From positions 294,361,749 through 294,425,748 of the forward strand of contig NC_085842.1 in assembly GCF_035594765.1 (NCBI RefSeq): a stretch of DNA of 64,000 bases, in the 5' to 3' direction. Under the pieces are notes generated by a model, which made no database searches, was not told where the DNA came from, and saw only the letters and a program-made list of their open reading frames with translations. Position 1 is the first letter of the stretch, and every line of letters begins with the position of its first letter. Positions 33,603 to 46,186 of the stretch are shown here, piece by piece. The position numbers and the translations under genes were made by a program. This DNA comes from Anolis carolinensis (lineage: Eukaryota).

Positions 33603-35284
33603 CAACTTTAGTGGGAGGTAATTAAACTTTCAAAAATATTAAATTAGGGCTACAGCTCCCATAATCCTCCAAATGACTTGCCTGCTGGGGAAGTCTGGAG
33701 GTTACTGTCTAAAAGAGGCCTTCTTCCAAACTCTGGGACTAACTTGCCCATTTCTAACACAGTATCCCACTATCTGACCCTGATGCAAAAAAGCACCTGA
33801 GCAGCAAATGTATCTGTATCTATTGTGTGGCCATCTCTGTATAAAATGCGTGTTCATCCCACCTACCTTCTCATTCCAAATTAGAAGTTGGAACATAAAT
33901 GTTGACATATGTAAAAAGTAATTTGTTGCATATTCATTGTAAAAAATAACTTATCATGTTAATAACAGAATACAATACTACAAACACAAAAATACTCTTT
34001 AAAATGGTCCCAATCCTTCCCATACTTCTCTAAAAATGATATTTTTGGAACAGATAAGCATTCTTCATTGCATTTTTTAAAAAATTATAGTCATGGTATC
34101 ATCTACAAAATTATCACATACTTTTTCAATATCCAGCCCAGATCTACACAATGATGTCTAGGATTGGAAAATGATGAAATCCCACATGATCATTCAGGAT
34201 GATAAATAATAATTTTGATTGGAATCATTAGAAGGACTGGTATAGTGTTTTGAACATAAGAAAAGGTTATACAAATTCTAACAAAATCAAAGCCCACTTC
34301 TTTATCTTGTTATGGAAACAACACAAATAAAAAGGAATTGTACTTTTCATTTTCAATAATCCACTCAGCAGCTAGAATGTTAACTGAAAAATCCAGTTAA
34401 TGTTGTTCTTTGTACTTAAGCGCCTACATTTTCCCCTGCTCTGCGTGTCATAAACAAGAATACACTGCACACCTCTCCTGCCCAAATAATGGATGGGGAA
34501 ACAAAGCAGTCTGAATATTTTCTTTCCATTCCCTGAAAGGAAATGTGCTTAAAGAGAGAAAGAGACGATTGCCTATTCAAAACGCTTTTAATTTCCCTCT
34601 CTACACAAATCCTTCCAATTCAGTGCGACTATAATCACAAAGAAAAAATGTTATGGTAATTATAAGGGTGAGCAAGTGCTGTGTTAAAAATGCAAATGCA
34701 GCTAATAAAAGTGTGCCTTGCCACACATGGTTTATTTCTGTGTTGGAAAGCCAAATAAGCTGTGTAGATGTACAAAGACATTCCCCTTCAATAAACCACC
34801 AGAAAAAGGATTTCTTTGTCAACAATGGTGTCTTCTTATTCATGGCCATTATGTCACAGCTACTTTCTCCATCCAAATGCTATTAAAGCTAGTAAATACT
34901 GTACATCTTTATTTCTCATAATCTGACATCAAATTTTATAATTCAGTTTTTTAAAGGAACGTGTCTATTTTCTCCATCTTGAAACTCACTTTCAGAACTG
35001 GGCCCAGATGGATAATTTCAAGATGGCGGGTTAATGTGACACAGCAGTCAACTACAACTGGTGATTAGTCCAGCTATCACAAAGAAACTTTGATGTACGA
35101 ATGAAAAATGGATGAAATAATATCTGAATAAGTGAGAAGGGTAAATGACACTCATCGAGAAAATTCTAGTGACTTCAGGAATCTTAAAGTAAGAGTGAAG
35201 CTTTCATGCACTCATAAATGAGTATGAATTATAAATCACTTCATCACATACTGTACTTCTCAAGTACCCTTTAAAATGCATTAC

Positions 35285-35374
35285 CTTCCCATTCTACTGG
35301 AATGTCTCCTGTTTGATACTCGTATTCCTTAACACCTGCAGCTTCCACAAATCTTCTCTCTTTAATAATTTGTC
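35285..35374 (-). CDS. NDUFAF2: NDUFAF2 exon 2 (90 nt)
   Basis: ttttaaaatAG|GACAAATT...TGGGAAG|GTaat encodes (G)QIIKERRFVEAAGVKEYEYQTGDIPVEWE, containing the NDUFA12-family IPxEW motif. Confidence 0.95.
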
Positions 35375-35947
35375 CTATTTTAAAAGAAAAAAAAATATTT
35401 GATAAGGATAATTCCATATATATTACTTATGTATACAGATGGATTCTTAAGCTGAAAACTGCTTGCTAATGGTGGCTAGAGCAGATCCTCTGAATCCATG
35501 GGTTTTATTGCAAGTATTTACAGTTCAGCATTGATTCAATGAGTCTACCTTTGCTGCATTAGGAACTGGATTTTGGTCTACCTTCCTCCCCCAGCACCCA
35601 AATACTGAATAGTTATACCCAAATACTTATACTGAATTCCTTTTTTTCCTCACCACTGAAGATTAGACTACAATTATCACCTGCATTTGTAGTTTTGTCT
35701 TTTGTGGATTTGATTATTCATAGATTTAATTAAAAATGTGCTCTGTAGAAACCTCTAGGTCACACCCGTCAAATGCAAGGCCCACAAGCCAAATCTGGCC
35801 TACCACATCATTTTATGTGGCCCACAAGGCTTTCAATGCCAGGGCAAGTTACATTTATAGTTTTAAAATTACAAATGGCTCTTTGAAAGCAACCATAAGG
35901 CTGATATGGTCCTCAGTGAAAATGAGTTTAACACCCTTGCTCTTGGG

Positions 35948-36081
35948 CAGTAGTTCTCAACCTGGGGTCCCCAGATATTTCTGGGCTACAACTCCCAGAA
36001 ATCCCAGCCAGTTTACCAGCTGTTAGGATTTCTGGGAGTTGAAGGCCAAAAACATCTGGGACCCTAGGTTGAGAACCACTG
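35948..36081. mobile_element. hAT-type MITE (same family as 365-499)
   Basis: CAGTAGTTCTCAACC...GGTTGAGAACCACTG. Confidence 0.8.
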
Positions 36082-36322
36082 TTCTAGGAGGTCCTCCAGT
36101 GTTACTCCCAATTTCCTCCAATTATGCTGGGAGACCTAAGACTTCATCAAATTATGCTGGAAAGTGTTCAGAAGAAGTAGTTCAGTCTAATTCCATTTTG
36201 TAATAAAATGGAGTTTTCCCCTACGTTTTAATCTGACTGTTTAGTGCACTCAGTTGTCTTGGGTATTTTTTCAATGAAGAGTTTTCCACACTGCAGATAT
36301 TTGGCCCCACCCACCATCTCTC

Positions 36323-36530
36323 TTGGTGCTTTTTGATACTTCAACTCCCACAATTCCCAACAGGAGGGAGGGAGGGAGAGAGAGAAAAGGGATGGGAAGG
36401 AAACCCATTTGGAACGGCAGCAGCAGAGGCACTGGTGGTGTTTTGGACTGCAACTTCCACAATTCCCAACAGCTGGGAGGGAGAGAGAGAAAAGGGATGG
36501 GAGGGAAACCCATTTGGAAAGGCAACAGCC
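36323..36530. repeat. Two imperfect ~110-bp direct repeats
   Basis: CACAATTCCCAACAG...GAGAGAAAAGGGATGGGA.GGAAACCCATTTGGAA occurs twice; probably internal to a DNA transposon. Confidence 0.75.
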
Positions 36531-38451
36531 TCCCAACACAGGACACACACAAATCATGGAAGGAAGGAATAAAGGTACCCTAAAATGCTATTTTGTTTTT
36601 GTTTTTTTTGCAAAATAGAAGCATTATGACGTAGTTTACAACCAAACCTTCCTGCTTGGGAAGCAAAAGGAAATTTCCCAAAAAAGTTTACTTTGACTCC
36701 ACCCCCAATTTCTCCTCCCACAAATTGGGTGATTCTAACCTCAGAGCAATGAGTGCTACTTCATTAGAAATTTGGCAAAACATCCGGAGTTTTGAGAAAA
36801 ATCCATTTCCTCAGCTCTTCCTGATACGTTGGAAAAAATGCTGCCCTCAACATTTAAAAGACTCAAAAACTGCACTTTAACCAAAATGAACGTAGTGAAC
36901 CCAGTGGAATACCAGATTTTAAGTGTAGAACTCAGTGGAATTTAAATTATGTGATGAAGTGGCTAGAGATTTCTAGAGAGAACATCTTTCTAGAAATCTC
37001 TAGGTCCTCCAATGTGATTCTATGACCACCTTCCAGTGGAGATTGACCATAAAGTCATGTTGGAAGACCTAGACATTCCTAGAGAAGTTTTCTCTCAGAT
37101 AAAAAAAATCACATTTTTGTTCACAGTTTGACACTTCCATAAGGGTCCTGTGTCCTGAACTCCAGCAAATATGGAGGGTTGATTGTAGATGTTTATTTAA
37201 CACAGATTTACTTTAGCCACACATTGAGGGTTTCCTTTGCTATGGATGAACCTTGGCTGGGGGGAAATGCTAAAGAAGGATAAAGAGCAAGTACAGTCAG
37301 GGTCCAATATGCCTCCTTCTCCATATTCCCCTTTTGCTCTTAAAATTGAATCCTGCACTTTTATTTTTGCATATAAACACAGGTCTCTCGCAGTGAAGCA
37401 AAGGACACGGATGTCATCACAGCTATTCAGACTATGGCCCTCAGAACCAACCCTATCATTTCATGGAGTTAGATCTAAAAATGCAGAATTGTGGTACATA
37501 AAAATAATAGGTGACAGATTCAATTCAGAGAAAGGTTTAAAGGACACTTTAAGAGTACAATCCATTGCATGTTCATCTGGAAGAGAGTCCAATTGTGTTC
37601 AATGGCACTTACAGGTAAAATGGGCATAGGATAGATTGTTCTTTGGCCCAGTGACATTTCAATCTCCTTGCAATGAATGAAAAAACTAGACAGATGTTAA
37701 CTCTTCCACTTTACCCATTCAAATATCTGCAGCCAGGGTAGACTTGCTCTCAATGTCTACAGATGTGGTGCAACATCGAAAAAAAGAGTCACAATATATA
37801 GAAGGAAGATAAATGAATGATACTGTGGAATATTTGGCTCACATTAATCCTCAAACCTAGCAATATTCTCATAGCCCTCTTACAGTATAACTAATGTACT
37901 ATAAAATGCTGTTTGAAGTGCTTAGGTTGCATTTTAGCCATCTATGCATACGTGCCCATTTCCCTCTCTTATAGTTTCTCCATTTGTGACAATACCATAT
38001 GGAGTAAAAAAAGAAAGGTAATACAGTACTGTGGGATAACAAAAAGCATTCTGGAGAGATCAGACAGAAAGACCTCCTGGGAGTTACTCTCTGAAACACA
38101 TTTCAAGTCTCATCTATTATGAAAACTGTCCTTTGCTCAGCATACCTTTGAAAACCATATGACTCACTGCATACAATTGAACATAATTCTTAATTTGAGA
38201 AAAAAGTGTTGTTGTTGTTGTTGTTGTTTTGCTTTTAAATTAACTACGTTGTGCCTCTCTCTCCCCTTTTAAATGACTGCCATCTTATTTCTAATGTATA
38301 GATACAGACTGAGTATCTCTGATCTTAACTGCTTGGGAACAGAAATCTTTTTGACTTCTGAATATTTACGTATACATAATCTTGCAGTTAGGACTCCAAG
38401 TCTAAACACAACATTTATATTCCATATGCACCCTACACAATATTTTATATG

Positions 38452-38528
38452 CAGGGTGTTTGAAAAAGAACTCCCTATTCACCATTTAATTTAAATGATG
38501 AATACGGAGTTCTTTTTCAAACACCCTG
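38452..38528. mobile_element. 77-bp fold-back mariner-like MITE nested in an older Tigger-like relic (~38305-38640)
   Basis: CAGGGTGTTTGAAAAAGAACTCC...GGAGTTCTTTTTCAAACACCCTG near-perfect palindrome; TG/TA flanks. Confidence 0.75.
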
Positions 38529-41500
38529 TACAATACTTTTGTGTACACTGAACTATCAAAAAGCAAAAGTGTTGCTATCTCAGCCACCTATGTGAATGGT
38601 TTTGGCAAGTGTTTAATTTCTGGATAAGGAATACCCAATTTATTTTTATAACTGAGAAACAATAAAAATCTGGTTTAAGTTTCAGGCAGCATTACTTTTT
38701 AGACACAATGTCAAATTCCACCTACTTGTTTCTCCAAAATGCTGGTTTTGGTGGAGGACATTTGGAATACTCCTATATTTTAAGGCTTTAAATAGTAACC
38801 AAATAATTTAAAAGTAACAGGTTACTTATAAAGCAATGCATTATGCTTTAAAAATAAAATGTCAAACCCTGGTGCAAATGGGGTTGCATATTTCTCCTGT
38901 TTCATATTTACTGACACTTTCTCCATACTCCCAGTTTTCAGTTGTCAGATCCATTTATCCACTCAAAAACTTCCTTTTAGGAACAAGGTTTGGGAAAATG
39001 AAGTGAATAGGAAGTGAACATAACTTCAACTAGAGGTCAAGACATATACATACTCTCATGCTGGGTGATGTGTCTGTAGGGAGTAGCAACATTTGCAGAA
39101 TGACATGGACGGTTCTACTTATACCTCTCAAAGTATTCCTAAAAAGATGTGAGAAACCTAAAATCTGCAAGCTTTTAAAAGTCTAATTGGCTATTGGGCT
39201 TGAGTGCATAATGACGGGAAATTTTTGTAACCTTCTTCACTTTAAAAAAAAAGTCTGCCTGTTAATTAGTGCTAAAATGCCTTTCCAATGTATTTTTCAA
39301 TGCAAAATTCCATTTAATACAATATTTTAAAAATATTTTCTAGCCACTACCATATTTACCAGCTCGTATTTTTAACAATAAAAATATTTCATAGACAACA
39401 ACAATAGGCAATCTCTCCCATAGGAATATGTACTTCTACCTATATTAATATTTTCATTTTTTTAAAAAAAAACTTGGAATATATATTTCAAAAAATTATT
39501 TAAGTGAGCTGGGCCTTCCCCTTCTCCACCCACAACCACTGTCTCATTCCCACCAGCAATTGAAACACAGCAAGATGAAAAATAGTGGAAAACTACAACA
39601 TCCCAAAAGTGTAGAAAATCAATTCCAATTCCACTTGCAGTTTACAGAAAAAGACCAATGAGTTATTTGCACTGAGAACTAACCATGTGGGGGCAGAATT
39701 TTCAGTCTGCCTCATATCTTCTGGACAAGGTGGGACCAATTCAAACAAGCTGTCTGAAGTCCTGAGACTATACATTTGTGAGTAGAATCTTATTATGCAC
39801 AAATATACATGCAAATCCCAGAACAATGAAATGAAATGGCTATAGTCCTAAAATGTTTAACTTTCCACGAGTCTTGAGATATGCAATTTGGTGGGGGAAC
39901 TAGGACATTAAGGGAATTCAACTCTCTCTCAAGGATAATAACGACAATATTATACACATAAAAGCCAATACCTAATAAAACATTTAACTTCTTCCCTTTC
40001 CAGCTGTGAAAACAACACATTAAAATAGCACATTCAACATCTTAAAGCAAGAATAAATCTGTACAATTAGTTTTAATTCACTAATTGTTTTATTAGTATT
40101 TGAAGGCAATAGCAGCCTCTTCTTAGTTTATAGCTTTAAGATAAGCATTGCATTTCTACCTCAGAAAGAAACAATTTCAGAGCCGAAAGGGGAGGAGGTG
40201 GGGAGGAGGGTTCTTACAATCTAATGAAGATGACCTACTTCTGCATATGCCTAACATTCATCTTCTCACTTGGGAAGATATTACAAAATAAGACTACCTG
40301 TATGATAAATCCTCTATAATGACCTGTAAGTGTCTGATTTTTTTTTAGGGTGAAAGCATTTCGGATTTGGAGTTACATTTAGCATATTCCTTAGATAACA
40401 AAACATATATTCAGATATCAACATTAGACATTTTTAGTTTAAATCAATTAGACTGGTTGGGGGAGGGAACCATTTCCTCCTGGCTGCCTATATTTTTTGT
40501 TTAATCCTGGTCAGTGTACGACCTTATTACAAGTAATTTGTCATTATAAGTCTGAAGAAAAATGCTAGCCTCACAATTTTTGTCATTTCTTCCCCTCACA
40601 CTTCCCTTCAGGCTGCAACTGTTGATGGGCTTTATGGAAATATAAATTCAATCAGCAGCTGCAAATTTCATGAGACGTCCATCTTCATGCTGAATTTGTA
40701 ACTGAGTGTCAAAACAATCTGTGGATACCTCCCTGATGAAACACACATTGAATTGTAAATTTCTGCAATTTCCCCATGTTTGAATTTAAGGGGCACTAAA
40801 AACAGGACCAGTGCATACAAAGCATCTAGCAGCTCAAGAAACATAATTTCTTTCATTACCGTTCCCCAGAATTTGCAGAGTTAAATCATAAAAACTGATG
40901 AACATGACCTGGCCCTTTAAATAACCGCATAAAATTAAACTACATTGCATTTTCATTCTACTTAGAAATATAAGAAAGCATAAAAGAACCCCAGTGTACT
41001 TTAGAAGCTTTTCAGATAAGCTACTTCTTTCATCTATTGTTGTCACTGTTCATTTTACAGAGTCTTGCAATGATTAAAATTCAGAAATTAGCTTTGGTAA
41101 AATTAAAAAAAGATTCAGTAGTGTCAAAACAGTCAAACATTTCAGTAGAAAATGTTCAGTTCTAAGAATACTGGCTGCTGCTGCCTCCTCCTCTTTGATA
41201 TGAATCTTATTTTTAATTAAATGTTGCTAGAATACAAAAATATAAAATTAATTTAAATTGCTTTTTTAAAAGGGGCTGCAAGCTCATGGGTCTGACTGTT
41301 CACTTGTTCTCCTGGGTGCATCTAAAAACGACAGTTTTTGATTCAAGCTCCTATTTCTAACAATGGCTTAAAGAAAATCTGTAAGAGACAGAGTATATTA
41401 TGTCAAGTGAAATATTTTATTTAAGAATAAAATAAAATGTCTTTCTTTCTTGAAGGATATTAAATTCAAAATATGCAAACTGCTGTCTTCTTTCTTGTTA

Positions 41501-41696
41501 TTACCTTCTTTCTCCAACAGCTATGCAAGACTTTAAATAGCCTGTCAATAATGCTGTTACCGCCCCCTACACCTTCACTTGTTCTTAAGTTTTAAATTTT
41601 CTTTTACAGTGCAAAAATAGAAAATTGCCAAGATGACATAATGCACAGGCCCTATTATTTTATGGGATGGTTCCTTAGTAGTGTACAAAAAACTAC

Positions 41697-42050
41697 TGTA
41701 TATACTTATGAATAAGCTGATTTTGTCTCTAAGTTGAAAGCAGGTTGGGCGGGGGCGCAAAATTAGGGATTTTTATATGACCTGTGGATAAGTCGAGGGC
41801 CATTCTATAGAAAGGGGAAAGCATGAATGCCGTATACAGGCCAGAAGTAGCATCATAGCAGAGAGTAGAGTTACTTGGTATACCTTTTAGGTTCTCCAGG
41901 ATGCACTGAGCCCTTACCACTCATCACTCTACTCAGAAAACGGGATGACCCTTTTTTGGTAAAGTATAGTACACATTGACCCATGAGTAAGTTGACCCAG
42001 GTTTTTGGGACTAAATTTTTTTACTAAAATGTTTAGGCTTATACACAAGT
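41697..42050. mobile_element. Tc1/mariner (Tc2/pogo-like) non-autonomous element
   Basis: TA|CTGTATATACTTATGAATAAG start, internal GGATAAGTCGA repeats, GGCTTATACACAAGT near the end; related fragment at ~56027-56120. Confidence 0.55.
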
Positions 42051-42058
42051 GTCTATAG

Positions 42059-42167
42059 CACACATGGGCAAACTTTGGCCCTCCAGGTGTTTTGGACTAA
42101 CCGGCTGTTAGGAATTGTGGGAGTTAAAGTCCAAAACACCTGGAGGGTGAAAGTTTGTCCATGCCTG
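42059..42167. mobile_element. hAT-type MITE
   Basis: CATGGGCAAACTTT...AAAGTTTGTCCATGCCTG; perfect 8-bp TSD GTCTATAG. Confidence 0.8.
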
Positions 42168-43699
42168 GTCTATAGCGTACTACTCAAGTGATGGCTTGTA
42201 TAGCACACCATTTCTGTGATCTAGTAAAATGTACTTTATCACCAGTCTTTTAAATGGCAACAGCTCAAAAAGTTACTAATTTCAGAGATATTAGTATGTC
42301 TAGGGCTGAGCTTAAAATACTACTGGTAAATGATCACGCAAATTCTGGTATAATTACAGTTGGCCCTCCTAATTTGTGCATTTAATTCATGCAAATTTGA
42401 TTATTCAAGGATGTGATTAATATCTTCACAGTAGGAATCTCTGGGTCCCTTAGCATGACTCAGTCCATTTTCCACCAGAGGGAACATAGATAAACTTCTT
42501 TTTAGAGAGGACCTATACATTCCTAAAACAGAATACTTCTCTTGATAGTCTCCCAGCATGATTCTATGGTCAATGTCTGTTGGAAGTTGATCATAGAATT
42601 GTGATCGAGGACCTAGAAATTCTTAGTGGTGATACTTCAGAATTTTTTTTAAAAATTTTTTTTGGAATGTGAAGAGATTTTAGTGATTTGAGAGGTGCAC
42701 CAGCTTGTCCTGGGACATCTCGAGGGGAGAAGAGAAGCATAGCTGATGCATCCACTAGGGCAATGAGTATACAGACCACATAGTCCACTTGCAGTTTGGA
42801 AACACCCAATTGCAAAGAGAAACCAGTAGAGATGCATTGAGTAAGCAATGGATCCCGGCAGAAGAAAGCACCCCTTAAACAGCCCTGTGCTTGGTTTAGG
42901 GGCTGACACACACAGAACAAAAAGGGGGCATTTGGCGATGTCCTCTGTCGTACTAGATCTATCTCCAAGTTGCTTCACAGTCTGAATACAGACCACACTC
43001 CATCAGGACAGAGGGATTACTCGTGACAGGTAACTGGTATTTTGCCCCGGCAGTCGGCTAACTATTTTCGTCTACAGGAAGATGTACCGCCATAAGGTGG
43101 ATCTGCCTGTCGATGCACCAGTCCCATAGATGAAGGTTTAACGACAGAAGTGGAAAGGGTATGTCTCACCTTGCTTGTTTATAAAAAAATGGTGGTGGTG
43201 TTAAGGAATGACAGTTGAGCCTTGAGTCTGTTTGAGTAAAGAAGCCAGTGTTAGGAGTTAGAAGTCAGTCGAGGCTTGAGTCTGTTTGAGTACAGAAGCC
43301 AGTTGAGGCTTGAGTCCTTTGGAAGTAGACTGTTATGAAAGAGAGCTTTACACAGCAATACAGTTTTAAAGAGACTGTTAAAGACTATAAGTTAAAGATA
43401 CAAACTGAAACATTTTAAAGTTTAACCTGACAAGAAATGTACCTGTATATACATGAAGTTATGAGTAAAACAACATGTTATTTTAAAGAGATCTACTTGA
43501 ATCTTTGTCTGCTAAGAGCATCGAATAGAAACAAGATTTTTACACACCCAGTGATCTTCCATTACCCAATAAACTAAAAGAAACTCCTGAAACTTTGCTA
43601 CTCAATAAGTTATGAGCCTAACAGATCATAATCCTCAATAGGTTATGATCCTAACAGATCATAATCCAATAGTCCAATAAGCAGATCTTAAGAGTTCAA

Positions 43700-43900
43700 G
43701 CAGGCTCACAATGAGAAGACACGGTTTTTCAGTGAGCCTGGACCTGAGCCATATAGAACTTTACAAGTCAAAAGCACCACCTTGATTTGTACCTGGAAAC
43801 AAATTGGTAACCAGTGTTCTAAAAAAGAAGAAGCAATTGCATGCTCCCTGTAACCAATCCCAGTTAACAATATGGTTGCAACTCTTTGGTTCAGTAGAGA
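43700..43900 (-). mobile_element. Old L2 LINE fragment
   Basis: EHWLPICFQVQIKVVLLTCKVLYGSGP is L2 ORF2-like. Confidence 0.65.
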
Positions 43901-46151
43901 TTTCCAACCATTTCTAGAACTTCCTTCATGGCCATCTATGGACGCTGCCTCTCTCCTTTCCTTCAAATGCCTCTGCAAGATTTATCTGTTACTTAGATTT
44001 TTGATTTAGCTCCTTAAACTTTACTCTGGCTAAAACAAGCTTTAATCACACATAACGCTATCTGTCCAGTCTTCCCTCTTCCTCCATTGCTCTATTGTTT
44101 TTCACACATGCTTTACGATTTTTGGTGAAGGAAACCTGCCTATCAATGCGGAATAACTGTGTGGTTTCATGAATAAGATTATTCAATCTTAAAGCATATT
44201 GTTAGGGTCTGAACCCACTCACTTTACCAAAAACCTCACAACCAGTGAGAATCACAGCAAGCTTCTTCATATTCTTCTCATTCCATTAGTGCTGCTTATA
44301 ACAACCACCTGAGAAAGGCCTCAGGAGATTCTGTTCCACTTCTAGCTCTGCTAATAGCTGTATCTGAAACCAAGGATTAGTTACTTTTCTGTACTTTCAT
44401 TTTAAAAGGTGAAAAGCCTTCCAAGCTCCACTGGGACTGTGAGATGTTATACCAGCTATCACCTGCAAGATACTCAGTTCTTCCTCCCACACAGAGATAC
44501 ACTTAAAACAAGATGTGAAGTCTAAAAATCTATGAAGAACAGATTCAGATAAGCTATTTTGCACAGCAATTCGACTTTATTTTACCTTTGGCATGTCAAG
44601 CAAAGACATCATCATCATTATTATTATTATTATTATTATTTCTATCACATTTTTCTCCCAGATCAGGACTCAAAGCAGCTAACAACATGCAAACAAAACT
44701 TATTCAGCCATTTAGGATGCATGTGAATCAACACAGACAGGAAAACATGCCATATCACCTCATCTTCATTTCCATAACTCTCCATAATGGATCACTTCTG
44801 CATCACATGGGGTGCATCTACACCATAGAATTAATAGAGTTTGACAATTACTTTTAATGCCATGGCTCAATGCTATGGAATCCTGGGATTTGTAGTTTAG
44901 TGAAACAGCAGGATTCTTTGGCAGAGAAGACTTGTAAAACAACAATTCCTGTGATTCTATAGAACTGACTCATGGTAGTTAAAGCGGTTATATAGTGCGG
45001 ATGCATTGATTGAGGCCCTCAACTGCATGGAAAGGCTCCCAATAATATGGAGAACCTTCACATGAAGAGAATCTTGACATTTGTAGCAGTCTATCTACAT
45101 AATATATATGTCAGTGAGAAATGTTCATTTTGGAGTTGCCATTTTTCAAGATGGTTGACATGCACATTTAAAGAACATTCTAGAAAGTTCATTTTGATGG
45201 CAAAGGGTTTTTAAGAATTGAAAATGGATAAAAACTTTTATTAGCCACTATCTACTATGGTAGATATGTGGAAGTCAAAATGCTTTCTTGAATTTGTCCA
45301 TTATTGTATGACATGTCTTGAGAACTTGCATATTGTCATGAATTCTCCTCATATAGGCACAAAACACTTAAGTTGAATTGTGGGTGCCAGGACTGTAGAG
45401 GTATTACTGTATCTCAGATCAGCAGCCAGGAAGCAAGCATCAAATATCTTCACAAAGAACTTCAAAAGTACATTTCATCCAAGCTCAGACTAGAGAGACT
45501 TCTGCTGCTATAAAACTTTACATTTGAAATAAAAATCTGAGGGAATCCTATGAATTCCTAAATATGGTAGATTTAATGTGGAGTCACTCTTCCCTTGAAT
45601 GTTATTTCAGGCATCCTCTGTCTGGTGAAGTCGCACATCCCAGACGTCTAAGAATGACCTCCTCCCACCTTCAGGGCAATTTGATTCTTGTCATACAAAT
45701 TAATCTGAAATTAATGTGACAAAAATACCTACAACCCACTTAGCAATTCAGAAAATACTGGAAAGCAGAAAGAATAAAAATTAAGCATCTCACTCCACTC
45801 ATAAAATTTAGAAGGTGGATTAGAATTCATTTAAGCACACTTCATTCAATGAAGCCTGGGATGCACTCTTTTTACAACTTTGCTGATATAGCTGAAGAAT
45901 ATATTGTCCAGTTATTTCTTAACAAGCTTTGGAATTTTTTATCTCCATGTGATTTTTCCTCTTTCATTTATGTTTTAATTTCGGTAAGATGTCTTAAGTC
46001 CTAATTCTGTAAAAAAAAAAAAAAAGGATGTAAAGAAACTAAAAAGTAATAAGCTTTGATGGATTCAACAGAATTTACTTTGACTAGGGTTGTGTTTATT
46101 ACTGGGCATAAACACAACTTCTTCAACAAGATTTCAAATCCACCTACCTAA

Positions 46152-46154
<3 letters not shown>

Positions 46155-46185
<31 letters not shown>
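46155..46185. repeat. (TG)n microsatellite
   Basis: Directly visible. Confidence 0.9.

Positions 46186-46186
<1 letters not shown>

Noticed and set aside
33720-34270. Possible L1 endonuclease relic (YVNIYVP-like, VGG..N)
   Set aside because: Too degraded to support by eye; needs a profile search. The same applies to possible old LINE relics at ~47950-48680 and ~60300-60790.
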